64,000 bases of DNA from an uncultured Candidatus Saccharibacteria bacterium (GTDB lineage Bacteria; Patescibacteriota; Minisyncoccia; Phycocordibacterales; UBA918): NCBI GenBank assembly GCA_964350735.1, contig CAYGKO010000001.1, forward strand, positions 246,578 to 310,577. The letters run 5' to 3'. The notes beneath the pieces are model-generated. The model searched no databases. It was not told the origin of the DNA and was given only the letters and a program-made list of their open reading frames with translations. How positions within the stretch are numbered: position 1 is the first letter of the stretch; every line of letters begins with the position of its first letter. The position numbers were made by a program, and so were the translations under genes. Shown piece by piece: positions 18,526 through 27,421 of the stretch.

Positions 18526-18568
18526 CGCGTGGGGTGGAGGCACGGTTTTCCGTGTTCCACCTGCACGC
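18526..18568. terminator. hairpin downstream of the lipoprotein gene
   Basis: CGCGTG-GGTGGAggCACGG-tttt-CCGTGttCCACC-tgCACGCG. Confidence 0.4.
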
Positions 18569-18605
18569 GGTGAGCGCCATCGGCAGGAAGCTGCTGGCTG
18601 ACGAT

Positions 18606-19136
18606 TTAGGAGTCTGAATCCCTAAACCAGTTTATCGTGATACGGCATTGATCGCCGGCGGTGAAGTTTGTGCCGTCGAAAGCGATATTGCTGGTTTTGC
18701 AGCTTTTGCCCCACCGAACTTCTTCGACTGAGACAATTGACATCTCTTCATCAACGTAGAGCTGCCCCGGCCAGTTGGCATGGAGGTAGATCAGTTGTTC
18801 GACGAAGTCAGGCGCTGAATCCGCAGTTGGCGACTTGATGTATACGACCCCAGCAATGCCAGCGATGTCGATTGATTTATCGCTGATTGTGGTGGCGATT
18901 TGCGCCACCAACGCAGGCTCATCGATTGGTCCACGCAGCTTGTACGAGGTGTATATTTTTGTCGAACTTCCGACGCAGCGATTCTTTGCTGCGTCAGGGC
19001 CTTCGATCGAGAGCGCCATCAGAAACTCGATTTTTTCTGGTTTTTTTGGCGTTCCGGCTTCATTGTTGGCGCAGGCGTATGCTACTGGGCTGGACCCGAG
19101 CACGATCATGATGGAAAGAGCGATGAGACGGGCCAT
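18606..19136 (-). CDS. hypothetical secreted protein / lipoprotein
   Basis: N-terminal MARLIALSIMIVLGSSPVAYAC (signal peptide, possible lipobox Cys). Confidence 0.5.
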   Translation of the reverse strand: MARLIALSIMIVLGSSPVAYACANNEAGTPKKPEKIEFLMALSIEGPDAAKNRCVGSSTKIYTSYKLRGPIDEPALVAQIATTISDKSIDIAGIAGVVYIKSPTADSAPDFVEQLIYLHANWPGQLYVDEEMSIVSVEEVRWGKSCKTSNIAFDGTNFTAGDQCRITINWFRDSDS

Positions 19137-19322
19137 AGTAGCCTCCTTCTAAATGGTGGGTGGAATGTCTTGAACCGTAAACGAGAGCAATAATTCCATT
19201 GCTAAATAATAACATGTTTTATTATAAAGTCAATTTATAGGGATATTTTCTAATCAAAACAAGAAAACACGCAGGGGCCTTCTTGCAACGCGAGCGAGTC
19301 GCGGCAGAAAGTCTTACGTGTG

Positions 19323-19496
19323 TTACCCGCACCCGATGCCGGGGCGAGGGTTGCAGTAGGCAGTTGTTTGCTCCAGCACTTCCTCTGTTGGAGCTTTTGC
19401 TGACGCCGGGCTGAAGAGTGCCCAAGGCCAGAACAAAAAGACAAAGATGATGAATGTAATTATACAAGCGTCAGCGAAGGCTTTAACAATGATCAT
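19323..19496 (-). CDS. unlisted small membrane protein (57 aa) translationally coupled to the upstream gene
   Basis: ATG overlaps the stop of 19496..19807 in a TGATG arrangement. Sequence MIIVKAFADACIITFIIFVFLFWPWALFSPASAKAPTEEVLEQTTAYCNPRPGIGCG (one TM helix, C-terminal Cys pair). Below the 60 aa ORF-track cutoff. Confidence 0.45.
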   Translation of the reverse strand: MIIVKAFADACIITFIIFVFLFWPWALFSPASAKAPTEEVLEQTTAYCNPRPGIGCG

Positions 19497-19807
19497 CAGG
19501 TTCTCCTCTCGCCATTACATATTGTGATGAAGTCTTCGAAGGTGCGAATATCTCCTTTTACAAGAGTGTATCCATTTGAACCTCCAGAATTAGTCTGTGC
19601 AGGCTTTAATACCCAGCTTTCGAGGATGCTGACATGTCCGTACATCACATGAATCTTTTTCACATGCCATCGGAAGTTGAATTTGTTGTAAAGCTGGAAA
19701 CAAACTACGAATGGCTCCACTAATGGAGCGCGTCGCACTTCTGGAGCCGCTTGAGCAATCGAAACAAAGCTAAAGCAGAAGACAAACATTAAAAGAGCTC
19801 TACGCAT
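19496..19807 (-). CDS. small secreted hypothetical protein
   Basis: Signal peptide MRRALLMFVFCFSFVSIAQA. Confidence 0.5.
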   Translation of the reverse strand: MRRALLMFVFCFSFVSIAQAAPEVRRAPLVEPFVVCFQLYNKFNFRWHVKKIHVMYGHVSILESWVLKPAQTNSGGSNGYTLVKGDIRTFEDFITICNGERRT

Positions 19808-19874
19808 TTCGTCCTCCCTAAAAAATTGGTTGCGTTAGTTTCAGCATAAAGCAAAAGCACTGGGTGTCAAAGCA

Positions 19875-19903
19875 TTGCCATTGCGTAGTAAATACCGTAT
19901 GAT
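19875..19903 (+). promoter_or_regulatory. sigma70-like promoter for fusA
   Basis: TTGCCA-N17-TATGAT about 120 nt upstream of the fusA ATG. Confidence 0.4.
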
Positions 19904-20022
19904 AGCGCCGATTAGCCCAGTTTGGGCAATTTTTCTATTGTGGTATAGGGTGACGGCTTCGCCGCCCACGTCCACCAGTAGAGAGAGACATTATTTAATT
20001 TAGATTTTATACATATATAGTT

Positions 20023-22191
20023 ATGGCACGAGCATTTCCAATCAGCCGCATGCGAAACTTTGGTATCGTAGCGCACGTTGACGCTGGTAAAACTACCACG
20101 TCTGAACGAGTACTCTTCTACACGGGTATGAGTCACAAAATTGGTGAAGTACACGACGGGGAAACCGTTACTGACTGGATGGACCAAGAACGAGAACGCG
20201 GTATTACTATTACGGCAGCGGCGATTTCATGTAACTGGGCCAAGACCCTTGAAACAGACCGAACCAATACTGACAAGCAACATACGTTTAACATCATCGA
20301 TACGCCAGGTCACATCGACTTCACCGCTGAAGTAAAACGATCGATGCGGGTACTCGACGGTGCGGTGGTAGTGTTTGACGGTGCCGCTGGTGTAGAACCA
20401 CAAACTGAAACCAACTGGGGCTACGCTGACGAAGCTGGTGTGCCACGAATCTGTTTTGTAAACAAAATGGATAAACTTGGAGCCGACTATGATGCTTCAA
20501 TCAAATCTATCGAAGAACGTCTCTCTCCGAAAGCTTTGCGAATCCAGCTACCAATTGGTTCTGAAGACAATCTCTCTGGTGTAGTTGATTTGGTCACTAT
20601 GAAGGCCTACCGGTTCGCTGGTGAAATGGGAATGGAAGTAACTGAAGAAGAAATTCCAGCTGACCTCGTTGATGAAGCAACTAAGCGACGAGCTGAGATG
20701 GTAGAGCGTGTAGTTGAGCATGACGATACGTTGATGGAAGCTTTTCTAGAAGGCAATGAGCCATCACTTGAAGATCTTAAGAAAACTCTTCGAAAGGCTG
20801 TCCTTGCAAACGAAATTTTCCCGGTAATGACAGGTTCTGCTTTGAAGAACATTGGCGTACAGCTCGTACTTGACGCCGTAGTTGATTACCTACCAGCCCC
20901 AAACGACTTGCCTGATACAGAAGGAATTGATCCAAAAACTGAGGAAGAAATTAAGCGATCACCAACTGACGAAGATCCATTCTCAGCCCTAGTTTTTAAA
21001 CTCCAAGACGATAAATTTGTAGGACAGCTGGCGTTCTTCCGAGTCTATTCTGGTTCAGTAAAATCAGGTTCATACATCATAAACTCATCAACTGGTAACA
21101 AAGAGCGGGTTGGACGGATCGTTCGATTGATGGCTGATAAGCGAGAGGAGATTGATGAAGTATTCGCCGGAGAAATTGCCGCTGCCGTGGGAATCAAAGA
21201 GGTAAAGACCTCGCACACTATTTGTGATCTTGATAAGCCGATTGTATTGGAACAAATTACCTTCCCCGCCCCAGTGGTAGCAGTGCGCGTAGAGCCTAAG
21301 ACAAAGAATGACCAAGAGAAAATGGGTGTTGCGCTCAAGCGATTGTCTGACGAAGACCCAACATTCGTAGTATCAAGTGATGAAGAAACTCTAGAAACTA
21401 TTATTGCTGGTATGGGTGAACTTCACCTCGATATTCTAGTAGACCGAATGAAACGAGAATTCGGCGTAGAAGCAAATATTGGGCAACCACAAGTAGCCTA
21501 CCGAGAAACTATCCGTGGTTCAGCTGAAGCAGACTACAAGTACCAGAAGCAAACCGGTGGACGGGGACAATACGGACATGTGAAGATTCGCATCAAGCCG
21601 CTGGAAGAACTAGCAAAAGATGAAGAAGGAAACGATGTGTCAGTAGCAAAGAATGTAAAACGAGAAGATCACTTCGAGTTTATCGATAGCATCAAGGGAG
21701 GAGTAATTCCAAACGAATTTATCCCCGCGGTAATGAAGGGAGCAAAAGAAGCGATGGGACGAGGATTCGTAGCTGGGTACAAAATGGAAGATGTCTCAGT
21801 TGAACTATTCGACGGGTCATTCCATGATGTAGACTCTTCAGAAATCGCTTTCAAGCTGGCTTCAATCAACGCTTTTAAGGAAGCGGCGGCTCGAGCGAAT
21901 CCAGTAATTCTTGAGCCAATCATGAAAGTTGAAGTCCGGACTCCAGATGAATACATGGGAGACATCCAAGGAAACATCTCATCAAAGCGTGGACAACTAG
22001 AGAGCTCAGAAGAAGTAGGTGGAAAGCTTATCATCAACGCAAAAGTGCCACTATCTGAAATGTTCGGATACACCAACACCCTTCGTTCGATGACTCAAGG
22101 ACGCGCTAGTATGACCATGGAATTTGATCACTACGAAGCGGTACCACCAAACGTAGCCGAAGAAATTAAGAAGGCTCGCGGAATTGCGTAA
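20023..22191 (+). CDS. fusA: elongation factor G
   Basis: AHVDAGKTTTSERVLFYTG...DTPGHIDFTAEV...NKMDK GTPase motifs; 722 aa; no rpsL/rpsG upstream and no tuf downstream. Confidence 0.95.
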   Translation: MARAFPISRMRNFGIVAHVDAGKTTTSERVLFYTGMSHKIGEVHDGETVTDWMDQERERGITITAAAISCNWAKTLETDRTNTDKQHTFNIIDTPGHIDFTAEVKRSMRVLDGAVVVFDGAAGVEPQTETNWGYADEAGVPRICFVNKMDKLGADYDASIKSIEERLSPKALRIQLPIGSEDNLSGVVDLVTMKAYRFAGEMGMEVTEEEIPADLVDEATKRRAEMVERVVEHDDTLMEAFLEGNEPSLEDLKKTLRKAVLANEIFPVMTGSALKNIGVQLVLDAVVDYLPAPNDLPDTEGIDPKTEEEIKRSPTDEDPFSALVFKLQDDKFVGQLAFFRVYSGSVKSGSYIINSSTGNKERVGRIVRLMADKREEIDEVFAGEIAAAVGIKEVKTSHTICDLDKPIVLEQITFPAPVVAVRVEPKTKNDQEKMGVALKRLSDEDPTFVVSSDEETLETIIAGMGELHLDILVDRMKREFGVEANIGQPQVAYRETIRGSAEADYKYQKQTGGRGQYGHVKIRIKPLEELAKDEEGNDVSVAKNVKREDHFEFIDSIKGGVIPNEFIPAVMKGAKEAMGRGFVAGYKMEDVSVELFDGSFHDVDSSEIAFKLASINAFKEAAARANPVILEPIMKVEVRTPDEYMGDIQGNISSKRGQLESSEEVGGKLIINAKVPLSEMFGYTNTLRSMTQGRASMTMEFDHYEAVPPNVAEEIKKARGIA

Positions 22192-22207
22192 GTTGCATAG
22201 TATAAAA

Positions 22208-22240
22208 CAAAAGCGGCGCCCGAGGGCGCCGCTTTTGTTT
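22208..22240. terminator. bidirectional rho-independent terminator
   Basis: AAAAGCGGCGCCC-gag-GGCGCCGCTTTTGTTTT. Confidence 0.85.
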
Positions 22241-22845
22241 TAGTTGAAGACTTGATACAAGACAGGAGTGAAGGTAATGATGCCGTAGAACATAAGCAGC
22301 ATCAATGCAGCAGCCTTTGCTCTTATGTTGGAGCTGTTTCGGTAGATCCAGAGCAAGAGTAGGGCTACGAAGATAGTATCGAGACTACCAACGATGTTCC
22401 CATAGTACGCTGGATTCCAGTACGAGACAGGGCTGTGGAATTTCCAGTCAGTGAGCGGCCAGAAGTGACGATAGGCGTCTTCAGCGTGGAAGAAGAAATC
22501 GAGTGTGATATGAAAGAGGGCGGAGGCTGAGAGCCATTTCAGGAATCTAAGCCCAAGAATATGACTAATTCCAAGTAGTATCGGCCACAAGATAAGTGAA
22601 TGTGACAAGGTGATAAGCGGTGTCCAAGCTGAATCAAAGTAGAGCACGTCCCACAGGTCGCTTTGACTAGCACCAACAACAAAGGTGAAGTAGAAGAAAA
22701 ATAGGTAGGTGGGCAGATCGGGCAGAACTGCACCGAGTATAAAGGCACCGAGACGCTGCTTATTTTTAGTACCTCCTGCTGCTTCAGTTTTCTCGGTCAC
22801 TTTTGCCAAGGCCCAGTTATAGACGAGGTGAGAAGTAGTGATCAT
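22240..22845 (-). CDS. YdjM/DUF457-like membrane-bound metal-dependent hydrolase
   Basis: Probable start MITTSHLVYNWAL...; His-rich TM segments SHSLILWP...LFHITLDFFFH. Confidence 0.45.
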   Translation of the reverse strand: MITTSHLVYNWALAKVTEKTEAAGGTKNKQRLGAFILGAVLPDLPTYLFFFYFTFVVGASQSDLWDVLYFDSAWTPLITLSHSLILWPILLGISHILGLRFLKWLSASALFHITLDFFFHAEDAYRHFWPLTDWKFHSPVSYWNPAYYGNIVGSLDTIFVALLLLWIYRNSSNIRAKAAALMLLMFYGIITFTPVLYQVFN

Positions 22846-22916
22846 GGTTTGAGAGTAGCATGGTAGGGGTATAAATAAAAAAGTCCCGGGCCGTTCTGAT
22901 ACGGCCCGGGTCCAGG

Positions 22917-23237
22917 TCAAGCTGCCATTTTACGTCCTGGACGCTCAGGCGGTTCTTTGTGCAATGCGACGCGATAGAGCAGGTCCCACCAAGCATCGAG
23001 GACATGTTGGTCGTAGATAGTGTTGCGACTAGTGAACGCATCGCGGATCGGATCTGGCAACTCGTCACCTACGCTATCAAGGAAATCATCGTAGCAGCGA
23101 AGGAACAACAATTCTAGGTTGATGCCCCGTTTAACCCAATCTTCTTCCGCTGCCATTTTTGCGAAATCAGAAATCGGGCTGTTTACACAGAGCCAAAGGA
23201 AAGCATCAGCGACTTTCAGACGCACTTCATCGTGCAT
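22917..23237 (-). CDS. hypothetical protein, 4 nt overlap with the downstream gene (operon)
   Basis: ATGA overlap with 22240..22920; SD AGGAG upstream; no recognisable motif. Confidence 0.5.
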   Translation of the reverse strand: MHDEVRLKVADAFLWLCVNSPISDFAKMAAEEDWVKRGINLELLFLRCYDDFLDSVGDELPDPIRDAFTSRNTIYDQHVLDAWWDLLYRVALHKEPPERPGRKMAA

Positions 23238-23253
23238 GTCGATCTCCTCTTGA

Positions 23254-23284
23254 GTCTAGGATAAGAACAGTCTAGGATAAGAAC
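23254..23284. repeat. tandem direct repeat 2 x GTCTAGGATAAGAAC in the 5' region of the minus-strand operon
   Basis: Two identical 15 bp units separated by 1 nt, 17-47 nt upstream of the start codon at 23237. Confidence 0.6.
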
Positions 23285-23598
23285 GGCTTCTCTTGATGGA
23301 GAGAGTAGCACAACCGTTGACTTTTGCCACTAAAAACCGTACTATAGCGCCGTTCCAAACCTCAGAAATATCTGGCCTGGTAGCTAGATATTTCGTAGAT
23401 GAACACCTGAATTTCGGAGCTCGCGAGCCGTTAACTCAAGAGCTACTCAAACGAGATTCTTCATACGCTTATTGATGCTTGCATCAGAGTGTTTTATTCG
23501 TTAATGAGGAACGGGGTGGTAATTGAATGACGTCCAGGAATTTGCCAGCAAATTCGGACATAAGTTCATAATAGTCGCTTCGCTCCTTTATTCACTTA

Positions 23599-23931
23599 AT
23601 GTCACGATCACTATATAAAGGTCCCTACGTCGATGAACGTATTCTTAAGAAAATTGCTGGAAAGAAGCCAGCTGATGTTAAGGATATGATCAAGATTTGG
23701 GCACGCGATTCACTGATTTCACCAGAAATGGTGGGCTTTACCTTTGGAGTACACAACGGTAAGGATCACATCGAAGTAACTCCATCAGAAGAGATGGTAG
23801 GACATCGTTTCGGAGAATTCTCGCCAACGAAGAAATTCTGGCGACATGGAGGTAAAATGCAGAAAGAGCTTGATCAGAAAAAGAAAGAAGCTGAAATCAC
23901 TGCTGCTAAGGCAGCTAAGGCTTCAGCGTAA
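23599..23931 (+). CDS. rpsS: 30S ribosomal protein S19 (C-terminal Lys/Ala-rich extension)
   Basis: MSRSLYKGPYVDERILKKI...GHRFGEFSPTKKFWRHG. Confidence 0.9.
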   Translation: MSRSLYKGPYVDERILKKIAGKKPADVKDMIKIWARDSLISPEMVGFTFGVHNGKDHIEVTPSEEMVGHRFGEFSPTKKFWRHGGKMQKELDQKKKEAEITAAKAAKASA

Positions 23932-23942
23932 TCCGCTCTATT

Positions 23943-24260
23943 ATGAAAGCAGTACTCAAAAATTATCGCCAATCACCACGTAAAGTTCGTCTTTTGGCTG
24001 ACTTGGTGCGAGGTAAGAAAGTAACAGACGCCCTTCGAACACTACAGTTCGTAGATAAGCGTGCGTCTGGTCCATTTGCAAAAGTTATCAACTCAGCCGT
24101 AGCAAATGCGACACAAAAAGGAGCGAATGCAGACCACCTTAAGATTGTTAAGGTAACTGTAGATAAGGCGCCAACCTACAAGCGTTTTATTCCACGAGCT
24201 CGTGGTTCAGCTTCAAAAATTAATAAGCGTAATAGCCATATTACGGTTGAACTTGGCTAA
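23943..24260 (+). CDS. rplV: 50S ribosomal protein L22
   Basis: MKAVLKNYRQSPRKVRLLADLVRGKKV..AL..L.F. Confidence 0.9.
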   Translation: MKAVLKNYRQSPRKVRLLADLVRGKKVTDALRTLQFVDKRASGPFAKVINSAVANATQKGANADHLKIVKVTVDKAPTYKRFIPRARGSASKINKRNSHITVELG

Positions 24261-24269
24261 TCATTAGAT

Positions 24270-24983
24270 ATGACACACGTTGCACACCCATACATTCAGC
24301 GCTTGGGCATCAACCGTGACTGGCGAAGCCGCTGGTTCACTAATGATCCTAAGAAATTCCGTGAATATTTGCGAACTGACGCAGCCATTCGAAAGCTTCT
24401 CAACAAGAAGCTGAAAGGAATGTCTGCTGACGCAGTAGAAATTGAACGAGATGAAAAAGCGCTCCGCATCATCATTAAAACTGCTCGACCTGGTCTCGTT
24501 ATCGGTCGTAGTGGAGAAGGTGCTATCGCTCTGAAAAAAGAAGTAGATTTACTTTTGCGAAAACTTAAGTTGTCTGAAAAACCAGAAATTAAAATTGATA
24601 TCGAAGAAATTCGATCACCAGAAACGAGTGCTAATATCATCGGACAGATGGTATCTGAAGGTCTTGAAAAGCGAATGCCATTCCGTCGTGTGCTTAAGCA
24701 AACAGTGGAAAAGGTAATGGCGAACCGAGACGTGCAGGGAGTTCGTATTATCGTTGCCGGACGACTTGGTGGAGCTGATATGGCTCGTCGAGAAGAATTG
24801 AAAAAAGGTCGAATCCCACTACAAACATTGCGTGCAGACATCGATTTCGCTCGCATTCGAGCGAATCTACCATACGGTGTGATCGGTATTAAAGTATGGA
24901 TCTATCGAGGAGATGTCTTTGCTGATCGAAAAGCTGGCGGAGAGTCAGACAATCGTCGAGGCGCTCGTCATAACAACCGTTAA
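24270..24983 (+). CDS. rpsC: 30S ribosomal protein S3
   Basis: KH domain followed by [17 protein letters not shown]. Confidence 0.95.
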   Translation: MTHVAHPYIQRLGINRDWRSRWFTNDPKKFREYLRTDAAIRKLLNKKLKGMSADAVEIERDEKALRIIIKTARPGLVIGRSGEGAIALKKEVDLLLRKLKLSEKPEIKIDIEEIRSPETSANIIGQMVSEGLEKRMPFRRVLKQTVEKVMANRDVQGVRIIVAGRLGGADMARREELKKGRIPLQTLRADIDFARIRANLPYGVIGIKVWIYRGDVFADRKAGGESDNRRGARHNNR

Positions 24984-24988
24984 GACAT

Positions 24989-25423
24989 ATGTTATTTCCG
25001 AAAAAAGTTAAGCACCGAAAGTGGCAAGTAGGACGAAAGTCTGAAGCAAAGCTACAGCGGTCTGATACACGTGGAGTGACTGTAGCCTTTGGTTCATACG
25101 GACTAAAAGCAACTACACCATCACGAGTACGAAGTAATCAAATTGAGGCAGCTCGTCGAGTTATCTCACGAACACTTGGTAAGACTGGTAAAATCTGGAT
25201 TCGAATTTTCCCAGACAAGCCGATCACCAAGAAGCCAGCTGAAGTAGGTATGGGTAAGGGTAAGGGAGATCCTGATCACTTCGTATTCGAAGTAGCTCCC
25301 GGTCGAATTTTATTTGAAATCGATGGTGTCTCTGAAGAGGTGGCTCGTGAAGCGTTCCGAAAGGCAACAGCTAAGCTACCACTTAAAGGCAAGTTCGTAA
25401 CTCGCGAGGAGACAAGAGTGTAA
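24989..25423 (+). CDS. rplP: 50S ribosomal protein L16
   Basis: [29 protein letters not shown]... Confidence 0.95.
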   Translation: MLFPKKVKHRKWQVGRKSEAKLQRSDTRGVTVAFGSYGLKATTPSRVRSNQIEAARRVISRTLGKTGKIWIRIFPDKPITKKPAEVGMGKGKGDPDHFVFEVAPGRILFEIDGVSEEVAREAFRKATAKLPLKGKFVTREETRV

Positions 25424-25452
25424 CAACACTTTTGTCTCGTAGACAAATTCTT

Positions 25453-25650
25453 ATGACTACATACAAAGAAATCGAAAAAATGAATGACGCCGACTTGGCT
25501 ACATTTGTTAACGAAAAGCGTGAAGCGATTCGTGCAATCCGATTTGGAAAAGCTGAACGAAACACAAGCACTGCGTCAACTGCTAAGCGAGATATCGCTC
25601 GTGCAATGACTGAGCTTACCAAGCGATCTAAGGCAGAAGCCTCAAAATAG
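25453..25650 (+). CDS. rpmC: 50S ribosomal protein L29 (the listed TTG start at 25432 is less likely)
   Basis: MTTYKEIEKMNDADLATFVNEKREAIRAIRFGKAERNT... Confidence 0.85.
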   Translation: MTTYKEIEKMNDADLATFVNEKREAIRAIRFGKAERNTSTASTAKRDIARAMTELTKRSKAEASK

Positions 25651-25657
25651 GTAATCA

Positions 25658-25924
25658 ATGCATATGACAACAGAAACTAACATACCAACAACAAAAAGCG
25701 GACGCGTACTACGCGGAACCGTTGTTGCAACTAAGATGCTTGATACCTGTACGGTAGCCGTAGAGCGATACGTTAAGCATCCAAAGTACAAAAAATTCCA
25801 AAAGCGAACTAAGAAATTCTTGGTACACGACGCTGGAAATACAGCTAAGGTAGGAGACAAAGTAGAGATCAAAGAAGTAGCGCCGATTAGTAAGCGAAAG
25901 CGATTCGCACTCGTAACTGCATAG
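25658..25924 (+). CDS. rpsQ: 30S ribosomal protein S17
   Basis: ...RVLRGTVVATKMLDTCTVAVERYVKHPKYKKF..KRTKKFLVHD. Confidence 0.9.
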   Translation: MHMTTETNIPTTKSGRVLRGTVVATKMLDTCTVAVERYVKHPKYKKFQKRTKKFLVHDAGNTAKVGDKVEIKEVAPISKRKRFALVTA

Positions 25925-25927
25925 CCT

Positions 25928-26299
25928 ATGATTCAACCACAAACAATTGTGAAGATCACTGACAACTCAGGCGCGAAGGTTGGTCGAGTATTCAAAGTAC
26001 TTGGTGGATCTAAAAAGCGATACGCTGAACTTGGTGAAATGGTGGTGCTTTCAGTCCAAAGTGCTGAGCCACGAAAGCAGGTAAAAAAGAAAGAGGTAGT
26101 GTATGGCGTAGTAGTGCGACAGAAGAAGGCCTACCGTCGAAAGGATGGTTCATACGTTTCATTTGATGACAACGCCGTAGTGCTTGTTGATAAAGAAAAG
26201 CGAGAACCTCGAGCAAACCGTGTGTTTGGCCCGATTCCACGTGAGCTATCCGAAGCTGGTTATCAGAAAATTGTCTCACTCGCCCCAGAGGTTGTTTAG
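25928..26299 (+). CDS. rplN: 50S ribosomal protein L14
   Basis: MIQPQTIVKITDNSGAKVGRVFKVLGGSKKRYA. Confidence 0.95.
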   Translation: MIQPQTIVKITDNSGAKVGRVFKVLGGSKKRYAELGEMVVLSVQSAEPRKQVKKKEVVYGVVVRQKKAYRRKDGSYVSFDDNAVVLVDKEKREPRANRVFGPIPRELSEAGYQKIVSLAPEVV

Positions 26300-26450
26300 G
26301 GAAATAATAATTTTGCGAAGCTGAATTATATATTTCACTTATGCAAACGCTCAGCAGTTTCGACCCCGACCTAGGGGAGAAAATGCGCTAGCGTCTTGCG
26401 AGGTAACACTCTGAGTGTGAAGATAAGAAATTCAAAGCAAACATACAACT

Positions 26451-26762
26451 ATGAAAATCAAAAAAGGAGACAATGTCATCGTGATCGCTGGTAAGGATAA
26501 GGGGAAGAAAGGTGTAATCGAAAAAACTCTGATCGCTACGAATAAAGTAGTAGTTGAAGGAGTAAATATCGTCACTAAACACCAGAAAAACAAACGAACT
26601 CGTTCCCAGGGACAGATTATTGAAAAAGCGATGCCTATCCACGCTTCAAATGTAGCGATCGAAGAAGACGGTAAGCCAGTTCGAATTGGTTACAAAATTG
26701 AAGGTGAGGGTGACAAAGCCAAGAAGGTACGCGTGTCTAAAAAGACCGGCAAAACTTTATAA
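26451..26762 (+). CDS. rplX: 50S ribosomal protein L24
   Basis: MKIKKGDNVIVIAGKDKGKKGVIEK; preceded by an atypically long (150 nt) spacer. Confidence 0.9.
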   Translation: MKIKKGDNVIVIAGKDKGKKGVIEKTLIATNKVVVEGVNIVTKHQKNKRTRSQGQIIEKAMPIHASNVAIEEDGKPVRIGYKIEGEGDKAKKVRVSKKTGKTL

Positions 26763-26783
26763 GAATCATAAACTAGAATTACC

Positions 26784-27338
26784 ATGGAAAACATGAAAAC
26801 ACAGTTGAGCAAGGTTTTTGATTCTTTAAAAGGAACCTTCTCATACACTAATGTGATGCAAGCCCCGCGAATCGACAAGGTTGTCGTTTCAACAGGAACC
26901 GGAAAGATTGACGATAAGAACAAGATTGCTCTGATCGAAGATCGCCTGGCGCAAATCACTGGCCAGAAAGCAGCTCCGAGAGCCGCTCGACAGTCAATCG
27001 CGAGCTTCAAGCTGCGTGAAGGGGATATTGTGGGCTATCAGGTAACGCTTCGCGGCAACCAGATGCACAACTTCCTCGATAAGTTGGTCCACATTGCGTT
27101 ACCTCAGACTCGCGACTTCCGCGGGCTCAAGGTAACGGCGATTGATGAAATGGGTAACTATACGCTTGGCATCAAAGACCATACTATCTTTCCTGAAACT
27201 GCTGATGAAGAACTAAAAGACGTATTTAGTCTCGCGATTACTATCGTGACTACAGCTAGTACAAAGGAAGAGGCAGAAGCCCTGCTACGACATATCGGAC
27301 TTCCACTAGTGAAGCCTGAAGTTGCAGAAGCTGCGTAG
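26784..27338 (+). CDS. rplE: 50S ribosomal protein L5
   Basis: ...APRIDKVVVSTGTGK...QKAAPRAARQSIASFKLREG. Confidence 0.95.
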   Translation: MENMKTQLSKVFDSLKGTFSYTNVMQAPRIDKVVVSTGTGKIDDKNKIALIEDRLAQITGQKAAPRAARQSIASFKLREGDIVGYQVTLRGNQMHNFLDKLVHIALPQTRDFRGLKVTAIDEMGNYTLGIKDHTIFPETADEELKDVFSLAITIVTTASTKEEAEALLRHIGLPLVKPEVAEAA

Positions 27339-27361
27339 TCGATAGACTGTAAACAGCAAGT

Positions 27362-27409
27362 AACAACACAAAAGGCCGGTGCCTGTGGGCGCCGGCCTTT
27401 TGTGTTGTT
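27362..27409 (+). terminator. strong rho-independent terminator inside the spc cluster, followed by TATAAT
   Basis: ACAACACAAAAGGCCGGTGCC-tgt-GGGCGCCGGCCTTTTGTGTTGT, then TATAAT 8 nt before the next ATG. Confidence 0.85.
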
Positions 27410-27421
27410 ATAATAGACTGC

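Noticed and set aside
19222-19467. Listed ORFs 19222..19467 and 19250..19444 (-)
   Set aside because: Neither has an SD or coupling. A third frame (19323..19496) starts with ATG overlapping the upstream stop (TGATG) and encodes a clean single-TM peptide; that frame is preferred.
23238-23300. Possible LexA/Cheo box upstream of the YdjM-like operon (GAAC...GAAC)
   Set aside because: The GAAC elements are direct, not inverted (no GAAC-N4-GTTC); they are described only as a tandem repeat.
24296-24856. 186 aa ORF antisense to rpsC
   Set aside because: It is entirely within the highly conserved S3 gene on the other strand; Ser/Arg-rich and non-protein-like.
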